Made by a program: the position numbers and the translations under genes
The notes under the pieces: model-generated
Database searches by the model: none
What the model was told of the DNA's origin: nothing
What the model saw: only the letters and a program-made list of their open reading frames with translations
From: Octopus bimaculoides
Taxonomy: Eukaryota
Length of the DNA stretch: 64,000 nt
NCBI RefSeq assembly: GCF_001194135.2
Contig: NC_068998.1
Span: 40,087,552-40,151,551 of the forward strand
Direction: 5' to 3'
Part shown: in pieces, positions 12,234-26,247 of the stretch
Numbering within the stretch: position 1 is the first letter of the stretch
Layout of the letters: the number at the start of each line of letters is the position of its first letter

Positions 12234-12671
12234 TTTAATGATCTGAAAATAAATAGAAATTAACTAAAATTAACTAGAAAAAAAAAACANNNNNNNNNNN
12301 NNNNNNNNNNNNNNNNNNNNNNNNNNNNNNNNNNNNNNNNNNNNNNNNNNNNNNNNNNNNNNNNNNNNNNNNNNNNNNNNNNNNNNNNNNNNNNNNNNNN
12401 NNNNNNNNNNNNNNNNNNNNNNNNNNNNNNNNNNNNNNNNNNNNNNNNNNNNNNNNNNNNNNNNNNNNNNNNNNNNNNNNNNNNNNNNNNNNNNNNNNNN
12501 NNNNNNNNNNNNNNNNNNNNNNNNNNNNNNNNNNNNNNNNNNNNNNNNNNNNNNNNNNNNNNNNNNNNNNNNNNNNNNNNNNNNNNNNNNNNNNNNNNNN
12601 NNNNNNNNNNNNNNNNNNNNNNNNNNNNNNNNNNNNNNNNNNNNNNNNNNNNNNNNNNNNNNNNNNNNNNN

Positions 12672-12723
<52 letters not shown>

Positions 12724-12739
12724 ATATATATATTTGTCT

Positions 12740-13265
12740 ATACTGAAATACTGTAATAGGTGGTATGAATTTTAAAAAGTGTCCTGTCATTCTAACAAGC
12801 AGTTCTTGTTTGGTTCATCTAATATACATGTCTCTGTATTCGCAGGTTAACTTGTGAATAACATTGGTTTTTAAGCAAAGTGATCTACTGCTGCCTTCTA
12901 GGGGTTTGTTCTCAGGTCTGATTGGACAGGCTTCCTATGTATCTTTATTCTGATTGAGGACATGCATTGTCTGCATTCTGCTATTTCTAGGAAGTTATGC
13001 AAGAGTGCAGATGTTCCGAAGGTAATTCGTTATTGTTGCTTATCAAGTAACAGCTTACAACCAGAGACGTTTCTGTCATGAACATTTCACAATTGTCTTT
13101 TTCAGGCAGTGTTTTTAAGACTACTTTGTGCAAAGTCCTTCATCTTTGAAGACAATTAGATGCAATCTAAGAGAGATTTAGCTCCTATTTTTAGCGGGGT
13201 GAACAACCATTTAAGCACTCCCTTGTATTCTTTCAGAGTTTGTCAATATCGAAAAAATGATTCAC
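12740..13265 (-). mobile_element. Penelope-like retroelement fragment (RT C-terminus/linker + GIY-YIG endonuclease)
   Basis: Minus translation of 12776-12868: TNVIHKLTCEYRDMYIR*TKQELLVRMTGH, matching the PLE pattern NVVY..C..C...YIG.T.R.L..R..EH. An LNGCSP (NGYP-like) remnant lies upstream. Both sides are (TA)n. Confidence 0.7.
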
Positions 13266-15211
13266 TAGACATTGGTTCGTTTGTTTCATATATATATATA
13301 TATATATATANNNNNNNNNNNNNNNNNNNNNNNNNNNNNNNNNNNNNNNNNNNNNNNNNNNNNNNNNNNNNNNNNNNNNNNNNNNNNNNNNNNNNNNNNN
13401 NNNNNNNNNNNNNNNNNNNNNNNNNNNNNNNNNNNNNNNNNNNNNNNNNNNNNNNNNNNNNNNNNNNNNNNNNNNNNNNNNNNNNNNNNNNNNNNNNNNN
13501 NNNNNNNNNNNNNNNNNNNNNNNNNNNNNNNNNNNNNNNNNNNNNNNNNNNNNNNNNNNNNNNNNNNNNNNNGGTGGTGGCAGTGGTGGTGATGGTGGTG
13601 GTGGCAGCGGTGGTAGTAATGGGGTGCTGAATGGTGGTAATGCTCATGGTGCTTGTGGGTGGTGGAGGTTGGTGGAAGTTGTAGTAAATTATGTATATGA
13701 TATTATTGGATCAATAAAAGCTGGTTGAAGAGATGTTGCCTTGGTAACTTTAACTGCTCACCTTTCTGTCCCCTTGTCATTAATAAGGGACTGTTGGTGG
13801 GAACTTACAGGCTGGATACATGGAGTGTGTGTGTTTGTGAGTGCGAGCCAAAGTGCATGTATGTGAGTGTATGCATGTGTGTGCATGCTTGGTAACAATG
13901 AGATCATGGTTGCAAGAGATGATGTATGTGTGTATGAGTCATACATAGATATACATATGTGGAGAGTGGACATTTTGGGTGTACAAGGTATCTGCTAATT
14001 AATAATGGATTACAACTTGTAGCTGATGAAGTATGAGTCATGATCTGTGTGCATGTGTGTTGGGGTGGGTGTAGATGTGCACCTGGGAAACCAACAGGTA
14101 CCTTTTGAATTCATATAGGTGTGTTACCTTTCAGGTAATTGAAGATGAGTCACATATGGTCTTTCCATAGAGATACCTGGTGGGAAGCAAAAGTATGGAC
14201 TGTCTCACCTTTGTTAACATGCAATTTAATGGTGATGTAGAATCAATGCTGATGATTCTAATGGTAAAAATAATAATGGTAATGATGATGATGATCATCA
14301 TCATTACTCCCGCCACTTCATCATCATCATCATAAAACTTTTTCATTATCAATGCTGATGCTGATGATGATAACAGCAGCAACATTGATAATGAAAAAAT
14401 TTTATGATGATGATGATGAAGTGGAGGTGGTCGATGATATTCTTGATGTGAATTAACTCTTTTGTAACCAAAATATACTGCCTTATGTGTTTTAATTAAT
14501 TTTGAAATAATGAATAATTTGTATTTTGAATTTATTTTACTAGAATTTTGTTCTGGAATTCTGTTGAAACAAATATTGTTATATTTCCAAAGAATTCTTC
14601 TAATAAACCTATAAACACACTTGCCAGTTGTTTGCCTATATATTTTCCCCTGCCACTTTTTTTTTTACAAAGAATTTGTTGTTCATCTATATCTATCCCC
14701 CAAAATATTTTTCACCACACCATACTGGCTATAATGCTTTGATAAACAAATAAAAGAAGAAAAAAAACATTGACAAACAACAACCATTGATTGTGCTTTA
14801 TAAACACTCACTTTATTGATATGACTCTTGTGAAACAGAACAATAGAAGAATTTGTAAGGATTTAGTAAAATTATTAATTAAATTTTTACAATAGAAAGC
14901 TGAAGTTTGGAAGATAACTCACTAAAAGGTTCTTGCATAAACTGTTTCTGAAAGTATTTCAATAAACACTTTTAAACAGAAGTAGTCTTAGGCACTTTGG
15001 TATCAAAAAGGATTAATTCTTCGGTTTTTGATGTAATTACATTCATCATTATTATCATCACCATGTTTACATTCACTTTTTCTGTGCTGGCATGAGATGG
15101 ACAAGACTACTCAAGACAGTAACTCTATAGCCAGGTGTGCCCTTCATGATTGTTTACAACTAAGTAATACTAGTCCACTGGTTGTCACATGTCAAACCAC
15201 TGATCTGTGGG

Positions 15212-15385
15212 ACATAAACATATGGCCATATGGTAAGAAGTTTGCTTCCCATTGACATGATTTAGGGTTCAGTTCCATTGTGAGGCACCTTGAACAAATG
15301 TCTTCGACTATAGTCCCGTGATGACAAAAGCCTTGTAAGTGGATTTGGTTGACAGAAACTGAAAGATGCTTATTGTGAAGTCACT
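15212..15385 (+). mobile_element. SINE family A fragment
   Basis: ggtaagaagtttgcttccc..gggttcagttccattgtgaggcaccttg..ggatttggttgacagaaactgaaag. Confidence 0.65.
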
Positions 15386-16197
15386 GAGGCTTCTTTATTG
15401 AATCAAGGAAGTTAAGTGACCATACAAATGCTTCTTTGCTCCTCTAATGCAAAAGTATGGAACATGTTGATGGTGGTGGTGGTGATGATGATGACGACAA
15501 TGTTGATGATGATTTTGTTCACAGAGAAGCATGTAGATGATGATAATGATGGTAAAGTGTGTTGTTATTGCTGCTGTTGTCAATGAGGATGATCTTGATA
15601 ACATGTTGATGATAACAGTGGTGGTGGTGGTGGTGGTGCTGCTGCTGATGAGGATGATGATGATAGTGGAGTGTGAGGCATGTTGTAAACATTCTTCCAT
15701 ACAATTTTAAACACTCTGCCTAGGTGTAAACATATCCCATCAGATTGGTTATCTAATAAAATAACACCCCTCTCACTCAACTGTGCATAGATATTGATTT
15801 ATTGATCTCATGAATCAATCAATAATTGCTGAAATATTCATATGAAAATATATGGCCCTCTTATGTAAATACACACACACACACAGAGGTATGTGTGTGT
15901 TAGCTTACAAGTTTACCCCTAGTTTTTTTTTATTTTGCACCTTACAAATGTATGTATATACAAATATATATATATATGTATATTTGTGTGAGTATAGCTC
16001 TATGTATATACATGTATACACATGTGCATATATATATATGCATGTGTCTGTATATATATATATATATATATATNNNNNNNNNNNNNNNNNNNNNNNNNNN
16101 NNNNNNNNNNNNNNNNNNNNNNNNNNNNNNNNNNNNNNNNNNNNNNNNNNNNNNNNNNNNNNNNNNNNNNNNNNNNNNNNNNNNNNNNNNNNNNNNN

Positions 16198-16512
16198 AGT
16201 ACTTATTCTATCGGTCTCTTTTGCCGAACCACTAAGTTACGGGGACATAAACACACCAGCATCGGTTGTCAAGCGATGTTGGGGGGACAAACACAGACAT
16301 ACAAACACACACACACACATACACATATACATATATATACACATATACGACGGGCTTCTTTCAGTTTCCGTCTACCAAATCCACTCACAAGGCATTGGTC
16401 GGCCCGAGGCTATAGTAGAAGGCACTTGCCCAAGATGCCACGCAGTGGGACTGAACCCGGGACCATGTGGTTGGTAAGCAAGCTACTTACCACACAGCCA
16501 CTCCTACGCCTA
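16198..16512 (-). mobile_element. SINE family A, well-preserved copy
   Basis: Reverse complement starts aggcgtaggagtggctgtgtggtaagtagcttgcttaccaaccacatggtcccgggttcagtccc; CpGs retained. Confidence 0.9.
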
Positions 16513-16578
16513 TTGTTTATAGTTTATAATTTTAAAATGGTTAAACTGTGAAATATAAATCACAGTGCTTTACTGTGT

Positions 16579-16673
16579 ATGCACAAGTCTGTAATATATG
16601 CACAAGTCTGTAATATATGCACAAGTCTGTAATATATGCACAAGTCTGTAATATATGCACAAGTCTGTAATAT
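16579..16673. repeat. Perfect 19-bp tandem repeat x5 (atgcacaagtctgtaatat)
   Basis: Five identical units read directly. Confidence 0.95.
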
Positions 16674-17194
16674 ATGTATACTGTTTATATATACAAATAA
16701 AGTGTTCTATATATATATATATAAATATATATGCATATATTTATATTTGTATATGTACATGTATGTATATATATATATGTATGTATATGTATATATATGC
16801 TCTTTTATATTGAAGTATATACAATCTTTATTAATGAAGATTTATAGTTTTATTATATACATATGTGTTCACTCCTATAACCATGTGATTATGTGTATAT
16901 TTGTGTACCTTGTATATATTTTGTATGTGTGCGTCTACACACACATATAGGTATATTCAAATAAACAGACAGGGAGGTAAAATAAAAAGAGAGATAGAGA
17001 GAGAGGTTTGAAATGAAACGTGCTCCATAGAAATGAATCTACTTGACTTGTTTTTTATTATATCTACTAATGAGAAAATTGTTTGTACATTTTATATGAA
17101 AATTGTAAGGTATATTGTATTAATCATTTACGACTGATTCACATTATAGCCAATAGATAAATATTTGGTAATGATCTACTTATTATTTGTTAAG

Positions 17195-17560
17195 GTGGTG
17201 GAGTAGCAGAATGGAGGTGTTTAATTGCATCCCTGATGTTTAGTTGTTCTGGTTTCCAATCCACCCAATGTCGACTTTACCTTTTGATTCTTCTATGCTT
17301 GATTAAGGAAAACACCAAGTCAAATGCTGGAGTGGAAGGGGTTGATATAATTGACTCCTCTTCAGAAATAACATTTGTAGCCGTGTGCCACTGTGAGAAA
17401 GGACTGTGTATTGGAAAACTTAGTAAAGTGATAGATAAAATACATTGCAGTATTTAGTTATGTATCTTCACATTATGAGTTCAAATCCTACTGACGTTGA
17501 CTTTCCTTTTTATCATTTCGGAATTGATACAATAGCTGTAACAGTTGATTAAATTGATTC
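17195..17560 (+). mobile_element. Two degraded family C-like SINE copies in tandem
   Basis: gtcgactttaccttt and gagttcaaatcctactgacgttgactttccttt cores. Confidence 0.5.
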
Positions 17561-18624
17561 CCAGTACTTGACCCTGTGCCCAGCAACAGGAATCTAAATG
17601 CATTGTGTAGAGACCATGGCAACTAGATTAGTGAACTAGTAGTGGATCTTTCTGAAGAGAATTGATTTACTGTAACAAAGAAATAGGGATGGAAAACAAT
17701 TGATTAGAAGGGGAGATAGTTCACAGAGTAAAAGAGGTGATTAGTAAAAGCATGTTGTTGCTCTTGTACATTTTGGCATTTGAGTCAATGCTGTAGGTGC
17801 TTCCTTCTAGTAAATTTTCATGGCTCCTCTAATCATCAACTATCAAAAGAGCCACCAGTTTCATTGAAAATGTTTGTGGCTGCAGTTACTGAGTGAGCAT
17901 CTAATGTAACATTTATGACTCAAGAAGTCCATTTTAGCTGATGCAGTTGGATCTTGATCATGTCTTGTTCATTTACCTATTGTATCAGGTTTTAGGATTA
18001 TATAATCAAATAGTTATTAATAGTTTAGTTTGTTTTTCTGATATGGAGTAAAATTTAATTTTTTTTTTTTTCATCGTCACATGTTCTTAAATTGAGTGAC
18101 ATTTATTTTTGTGGCTTTACTCTTACTGCTACGAATAATTTTGTTACGCTAATTAAAATTTTTGTTTCAACTTATATCATTTAAAAGAATAAAGAGTTAT
18201 CCTTTCATTGATATTTTGTTTGAATTGTAATTACATAAAGGGAAATAATGTTTAATCATCAATAAACTTTGTCTTTAAACTAAGTGACACCATTGTATGT
18301 ATGTGTGTGTGTATATCTATATGTGTGTGTGTGTGTGTGTAAATGTACAAACATATATAAATGTGTGTATATTTATGTGAATGCATGTAAATTTCTATCT
18401 GTAGTTGCATCACTTAGTTTAAACACGTATGTATGTGTTATTTAAAATTCTCCTATAAGAGAGAAATCAAAATATCTCAAAGTAAATATTTTTATATATA
18501 ATGAATGAGAAGAGAGCACAATGCTAAGAAAGGTGCTGTAGTTATTGTTTAGTATCGATAACATGTAAAATACATTTATATGCAAGAGCATAATGTAATG
18601 TGGATAGCAAATTCTAAATGTATT

Positions 18625-19146
18625 TAGGGTGCTTTGGACCTACAGAGAGTTTTAGAAAAGTGAAATGAAAGAATATATACAATGTGCCAAATTTTGGCAT
18701 TGAAAGCTACACCAATGCCAGAACAGGACGGCACTGCATAGTGCCAAAGATCCCAGCAATGCCATCGCACTTCAGGACCAGTTACTGCAACAGTTTGGGT
18801 TTCAGGGGCCCACAGCTTTTTAATATTCTCCCAAAGAGCCTGAGTAACCTGCACAAAGTAGATGTAGGGGTTTTTTAATCAAAGCTGGACCTCTTCCTGT
18901 TGAGAGTCCCAGATGAACCTACCTCACGGCAGGAGGTGCAAATGAGGGTTGCTAAATCAAACTCCATTCTTCACCAAGTGCCACATATTGTAAGAGGCTC
19001 CCTGTAATAACAGTGTAGCAACAAGGCGGTGCATCAGCATGGCCGCATTTCTANNNNNNNNNNGCTCCCTGTAATAACAGTGTAGCAACATGGCGGTGCA
19101 TCAGGATGGCCGCATTTCTAAGCTGAAACTATAAATAAAAAAAAAA
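18625..19146 (+). mobile_element. 5'-truncated LINE (CR1/L2 group) ORF2 C-terminus, 3' UTR and A-rich tail
   Basis: PNFGIESYTNARTGRHCIVPK..NSLGFRGPQLFNILPKSL..(fs)KLDLFLLRVPDEP..SNSILHQV; then aataaa and an A run. Clade assignment is from recalled similarity. Confidence 0.8.
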
Positions 19147-19200
19147 TTTAAAATGTATACAAATATATACCTACATAATCACTTTTTTTTAAAGAAGTGA

Positions 19201-19232
<32 letters not shown>

Positions 19233-20306
19233 GTATATGCTAAAACAAAAATAAAGTCATGCCATGATTTTCAGCCTTTTTTACAGTGCGTGTGCAGAAA
19301 TTGACCAAAACTAGGTGGACATCACTGAGCAATAGCTTCTCAATTATACTTTCTGTTGCTGAAAGTGACATAAGTTTCACCAAAGCATAATGAACAGAGA
19401 AATTCATAGAAAAAAAGAACAACAAAGTGAACTAATCCAATAAACATTGCTAAAATTTTAGTTGCATAAACTGTGATTGCCAATTGTTGAGAAAATCAAG
19501 TGTTCGGATTCTAGTGATTAGACATTGAAATAAAAGTGATTCATTTTAGATGTTTTGGTATGAATAAGAAAGAGAAAAACATTTAAGTGTTTCTCTGTTC
19601 ATTACACTATTTTGTACATAGATCTAACGCAGAAGATAAAAGTGGCAATTATTCTGTTAAAATATATTTGTGACTGAAGGTTGTGTATTAAATTGGAAAT
19701 CATTAAATTTAAATGCAAGGAAAGAAAATTAACTGAAAAAGATTAAAAGATATATTTCAAATAAATACTTTTAAACCTTAAAGAACTTTAGCGTATCAGT
19801 TTTATTTCATACTTTTGGTAAAGAATTCCAATGAAAACAGTAAAAACAAAATAACACACTTAGAAAGTAAATTTGAGGTTTGCTGTAATCCTTTGTTTAC
19901 TGTCCACAGTAAGTCTATATAATTGTGTAGCCACTCATACACATTCTCATCTTTCTACTTTCTCTCTCTCTCTCTCTCTCTCTCTCTACTCTCTCTCTCT
20001 CCCCCTCCTGTGCTCTCTCTCTTATCTTTGTATCTATATTTGTCTGTTTGTCCATCCATCTGTCTATATATATGTCTGTCCATTTAACTAGTTACCTACC
20101 TATCATTCATCATTCATGCATAACTGCAACTCTTGTGTGTGTGTGTGACACATCAATCATTATTGCTTCATTAGTTTTATATACACTGTGAAGGATTAAA
20201 TATTTGACAGAGTTCCATAGGATGAAAAAAAAAAATTGAATTTGTGAAAAGAATAGTTTTAGAATCATAATCTGTCATGTAAGTAACATATAAATCGTGT
20301 GTGTAT

Positions 20307-20347
<41 letters not shown>

Positions 20348-20529
20348 NNNNNNNNNNNNNNNNNNNNNNNNNNNNNNNNNNNNNNNNNNNNNNNNNNNNN
20401 NNNNNNNNNNNNNNNNNNNNNNNNNNNNNNNNNNNNNNNNNNNNNNNNNNNNNNNNNNNNNNNNNNNNNNNNNNNNNNNNNNNNNNNNNNNNNNNNNNNN
20501 NNNNNNNNNNNNNNATATATATATATATA

Positions 20530-20770
20530 ATCATCATTATTCTTATACCTGTTTTCTCTTGCTGGCATGAATGGAATGGGTTTTCACAGTCCATTTCGAT
20601 GCTTATTCAAAGTTACTATCATTCCTAGATGGATGGCCTGCAATGCATCTTGCAAAAACCATGTCTCACCTAAACATTCCATTTTTGGCATGATTTCTAC
20701 AGCTGAATGCCCTTCCTGTCGTCAGCTACTTCACACTGTGTACTGGGTACATTATTTCATGTCACTGTAT
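20530..20770 (-). mobile_element. SINE family B fragment
   Basis: atttctacagctgaatgcccttcctg and gctggcatga motifs. Confidence 0.5.
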
Positions 20771-21175
20771 TGTCTTTGAAAATTGTAATATGTTTTACAT
20801 GGAAATACATGTTAACCATAGGAATTATATACTGTGGACATATATTGTACATGATTTGTATATTGTGATGCACATATGTTTCACTATAACAACTTTTATA
20901 TGTAGGGCATGTTATAATGTTATAATGATATTATATTTATGCATGCTAAATTTGATAAACCTACTACTTTTGGTACTTGAACTTTGATCAGAACCTAGTT
21001 TGGTCATATATGATGTTTTGTAATAAGTCTATATCAAATATATGGAATGTATGTTATGTTGATACTGTTATTAAATATTAGTTTCAGCGTTTTTCTTTTA
21101 AAATGCTGTCATTTTTGATGGCACAGGTATACTAGTTAATATGTGTGTGTTTGAAAGTAAAAGTATATATGTATA

Positions 21176-21208
<33 letters not shown>

Positions 21209-21320
21209 CATACACATTTACTCAAAGTCTATCTATATGATATATGTAAACACTTATGTACACACACATATATAACATTTTCTTTGCACATTTCAATTTG
21301 ATTTGTATTATTAAAATTGA

Positions 21321-21359
<39 letters not shown>

Positions 21360-21649
21360 AATATGTATGCATCTTTATTCTGCCACTTGAGATTATCTGT
21401 TTAAAACTGAAAATGTAAAACAGAAGAATAAGAATCTGAACTTAAGCGAATATATGCAGACACCTAAATATATTTTCATAAGCACACACAAACACAAACA
21501 GATTATATTGCTCTCACACATGCAATTACTTTCTCTCTTTCATATACAACATACATTCTCTCTCTCTCTCCCTCTCACCTAAACACACACATATGCACAC
21601 ACACACACATCCTCATCTTTCTATCCCATACATGTATGTGTGCACACAC

Positions 21650-21687
<38 letters not shown>

Positions 21688-22508
21688 ACGCAGACATATA
21701 TTTGTATTTCAGAGCATTCTCTGTCTCTCTCACTCACATGCTTATCTTTCTATCTCTCACAGACACATACACGTACACACTGTATTTAAAGTCATTGAAT
21801 CAAGTCAATAACATGTTAGATGACAAGAGTTAGCTGCAATGACAACATGGTGAAATTACAGTGAAACACTTCTATTGATGAAAATGATAAAAAGGACAAG
21901 TCTTTCCAATGCCTTGCACAGAATTGGTATCTGGGAAATATTCTCAGAACTTTACACATCATAAGACTTTGGGAATGAATCTGTCGAACAACATAGCAAT
22001 TAAACTACATTTCATAAAATCTTAATAGTAGTAAAGTCAAGCATTTGAATACTTGACGTTGTAAGATGAAGAAATTTTCATTAATCAAAATTATGTGTTT
22101 AGAGAGGAGATTGATCCCTTTCTGAATAACTAATTCTTGTTAGAAAAGGGAGTAGAGACAACTCTGAGATGTTAATTAATTTAAATTAATTAAATATAGG
22201 ATGTAAGAAAATAGTGAAGAGTGAGTTTAATCATCAGCAGTATGAGATGACAACTGAGGACATATTTCAGTCTTCTTAAACCTCCTCATGAAGTATAGCC
22301 TAACCAGATTTTCTATGACTGGAATTGCATATAAGATTTTTGTGGATGAAATCTGTGTGTGTGTGCGTGTGATGTCTGCATCACTCATTACTATCATACT
22401 TCTCTATCACTCACTCTTTTTCTTTTTCACTTTCGCTGTACTTTGCTGTTAATATGGTAAATGATGATAATATATGTGTATGTTTGTACAAGCACACACA
22501 CACACACA

Positions 22509-22548
<40 letters not shown>

Positions 22549-22974
22549 CTTCCAGTATAACTAGAGATGTTACTGGACCTATCATCTTTCTCTTAAGTTA
22601 TCGCAGAGATCACATCAGATCACATGTATCCTAAACACTTTATCTTTACTATTGCTATTGTTCCACATGTGGCCATAGTATAGACAGCCATTATTCACTC
22701 TTACCACCTATCAACTCCTATAACTATCCATCATTTTCTCACTCCTTTTACCACCTTTTCATTCCAATCACTCTGTTTCTACTGTTACATGCCTACTCCA
22801 CTCTCCCATCCAACTTTGCTCTCCTCATGTCATTGATGTCACTAATATTCCCCACCTCAGTAGTGCTGAATAAAATATACCCTTTACAGAATGGTGAGGA
22901 CACTCTAATCTTTGGGTACAAGGCACCCCCCCCCCACTAGTATTTATGTCACTAAAAATTCACTCAAGTGAGAC

Positions 22975-23260
22975 ATCTGTAAAATGGTTGGTGAGCAAAT
23001 GGAGACATGGGGGTGTTAACCTCTCTAGTGCTGGTGCCATGATAAAATGATAAAATGCACTCAGTGCTGGTGCCATGATAAAATGCACTCAGTAAACGAA
23101 TCGGCGATAGAAAGAGCATCCAGTTATGGAAACCTGGCCATAAGCAAAACATATGACTGAAGTGTAGTTCTCTGATCCATCTGGAAGAGTAGTATCTTTA
23201 ATTAAGAACTGACTATGATGACCATCCAGCCCAGGCCAGCATAGAAAGTACATATGATTG
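22975..23260 (+). mobile_element. SINE family B copy with internal gtgctggtgccatgataaaatg repeats
   Basis: Two copies of the ~20-bp unit; gagcatccag..cagcatagaaag tail. Confidence 0.6.
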
Positions 23261-23404
23261 TCACATCTGTTTGTGTATTTGTGTATTTTTCATCCTTGCA
23301 TGTTGGTGTGTGCAGTATGATTCTCAGTTAGTTGAAGACATGGTATAATAAGGAAGATTGACCTGCAGGTCACACCGTGTTGTTTAGCCAAGTGTCTGTG
23401 TGCC

Positions 23405-23625
23405 ATAGGCATGGAGGTGTGTGGCTTAGTGGTTAGGGTGTTAGACACGTGATCATAAGATTGTGGTTTTGATTCCTGGACCAGGCAACACATTATGGTC
23501 TTGAGCAAAACACTTCATTTCATGTTGCTCCAGTCCACTCAGCTGACAAAATTGAGTAATCCTGTGACAGACCAGTGTCCCATCCAGGTGGGGAACATAT
23601 GCAAATGGAAACTGGGAAACCAGTT
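23405..23625 (+). mobile_element. tRNA-derived SINE (A-like head)
   Basis: tggcttagtggttagggtg..ggttttgattcctggaccagg..ttgagcaaaacacttcatttc. Confidence 0.6.
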
Positions 23626-25660
23626 GGGAATGATTTAGGAAAGATCTTTATCATTTTTTTATCTGTGTGCTGTAGGACTGCCTGATCAGGGCTGACCTGA
23701 AGTTTCACAACAACCACTGATAAAACAAAGAAATCGATCTCATGGTTAAAAGTATCTGCTGCAATGCATTTAGTCCTACACTGTAGAACATTAGTCATTT
23801 CCAATACCATAATATATTATATTAAGGTAGTAACCATCATTAGAGTCTGGTTTAGTAATAGTTTACTCAGTTTACATTACTATGTTATGGGGTTGTATTT
23901 TAAAACTCTTGTAGTCCTGGAAGGATTGATTTTCTCTTTTATCCTTCATGTTAGGTACTTAATGTTTTAATGTTTTATTATATATCTTACTTTAAAATCA
24001 TTGATTTTTCAGAGAGATACATTTATGTCATCAGTGTGTAGCGAAGCATGGGATTTAGAAATAACAGACTTATAATAGCATAGTTGAAGGCGGTTTTTGT
24101 TTTAACAGAGGAGGAGGCTAATGTTAATACAGTAATTTCATAACTGTTGACAGAGGCAGGTCTCACAGACATTGTATGGTTAGTTAACCTCTACATAGTA
24201 TATGTTTGTGTATAGTCACATTCAGTATGCTGGGTCTCTGTTGTCTATCATCTATCTATTTGTCTAGTCAACATCTATAAGTCTGTTTACTTCCAAATCC
24301 CATGCTCTGCTGCGTATTGATGGTCAACATTAAAATAAATGACAACAAAGCCATCTCTCTCTGAGCATATTTATTCTTTTATTGCTTAATAGTTACAGAA
24401 CAGCAGTCATGCTGGGGCACTGCTTTCATGGTTTCAGTTAATTGCATCAACCCCAGGGCCTTGTCTAGTGTTCCTTTTATCAATCACTATTTATCAAATG
24501 GTTAAGTTCATTTATTGAGTTACATTAAATTCTTACATCCCTTTATGGAAGTAAATAACATTAGATATTTACACTAGTATACACAAACATGGAGACAACA
24601 GACGCACACAAATACTAATACTAACTATACTAATGTATTGACACACATGTATGATTGTTAGGTGGTGTATGTGTACATGTTTATGTGTGTGTGTATATAT
24701 GTATATATATATGCATATTATCATCATCAACTGTATTCTATGCTAGCATGTGTTGGACAGTTTGACTGGATCTGATGAACCAGAGGAGTGTGTTGAGTTC
24801 CAGTGTTTGCTTTGTGTTTGTTTCTATGCCTGGATGTTCTTCCTAATACTAACCACTCTACACAGTATACTAGCTGCTTTTTTTTCATGGCACTAATACA
24901 AGTGAGGCCAGCAAGACAAGACTGCTCAACAGATCAGGGGTGCAGTTTTGTGCTAGGTGTTGAGAAACTAAAGTATGATAGGACAGGACAGGTGTCTTGA
25001 TGAAGAGGACATTCATGGCTGTCCTTCTATCATACTTCAGCTTCTCAACACCTATCACACATATATATATGTGTATGTGTGTGTATAATGGGAAAATACT
25101 ATGAATTAAGTTTACCCTGAAATATTAATACGAACAGAATGAAACAAGTTCCATGTAAATTGGAGCAGTAGTTATTGAGATATTTGGGGTTTGTGGGTAT
25201 AAATACCCAAAACGGTACATAATGGGAAACTGTTCTGACTATAGCTTCATCCTGGAAAAGAAGAAACTCTCACCTTTCGATTGGACAGTGATTTGACAAT
25301 GAAAAAATACGATTTGTTTTTTTTACAGTAAATGTTTCTATTTTTGCTTTTGCTAAACACAATATTTTAATCATTTAGAAATATTTTCAAGTGAACGTGA
25401 TTTCAAAAATGTAAGTTGTTTGTACTGTAGGTATTTATATTTTAGCTTTCTTTAAACAGACAATAGTTTAATGTTTTCTTAACTTATTTTTTAAGTGAAT
25501 ACCATTATAAAAATTCATTTGGCATATCTAAAAAATATTTTAAAGGGAAAATGACTTTAAAAATACTATAAATATTTCGTAAAGGACCCATTCCTAACCT
25601 CGCTGTGAAACAGTTTTTTCCTATAGGTTTTTTCAAGTGCATTTAATGTTTCTCACCGCC

Positions 25661-25779
25661 AAAGATTTGGCTGTTATTTCTAACATGCCCTGCTACCACA
25701 TAACAGCTATTTGCGATAAAGGACCCGAAATACCCGTTATGTGGTAGCAGGGTGGGCAAGAAATAGCAGCCAAATCTTT
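25661..25779. repeat. Inverted repeat/hairpin with 44-bp arms and a 31-nt loop
   Basis: Arms 25661-25704 and 25736-25779: 21 bp with 1 mismatch, a 6-nt internal loop, then 17 bp perfect. Confidence 0.9.
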
Positions 25780-25953
25780 CCTGTTCTGGGGGAAAGGAAC
25801 TGTTTGCACGTGATTGCAATGTCACATTCAGTGAAAGTACGTGAAATAACCTGGAAAAGAAAAAAACCCACAAAACAAAACTCTGTTGCTGGGAAACTCA
25901 GAGTTTCTTGGTGAATCAATGGGTCATGGGTAGTCTAGTATATATATAAAAAC

Positions 25954-26247
25954 CAGAAGGTATGGGAAGTGAATATATTTATTTAACCACTTGATATCCT
26001 TGGGGTTACAGTGGTTTTACTACCTTCTTTATGTTGAATCATTGGTGTAATCATGATATTTTGGTGATCTGATGAGCTTGCTTTCTTTATTTGCATTAAT
26101 TTGTGAATATACAATTGTATTGTATTATGCCAAACATGCATAATAATGCACACTGAAATTATTACTATATGAGGGAGGCTGCAAAATGATCATTATCCTA
26201 AGGATGTCAAGTGGTTAAGTAAATATATTCACTTCTCATACCTCCTG
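25954..26247. repeat. Foldback element with 52-bp inverted arms
   Basis: 25954-26005 vs the reverse complement of 26196-26247: 6 mismatches. Confidence 0.85.

Noticed and set aside
16579-16673. CRISPR-like array
   Set aside because: Contiguous identical units with no spacers, in eukaryotic context with no cas genes.
18997-19120. 57-bp direct duplication of the LINE 3' UTR
   Set aside because: The copies flank a 10-N gap and differ at 2 sites; most likely unmerged contig ends or haplotypes.
19275-19390. Possible hAT transposase remnant (QKLTKTRWTSL)
   Set aside because: A single short motif with no other hAT blocks or TIRs.
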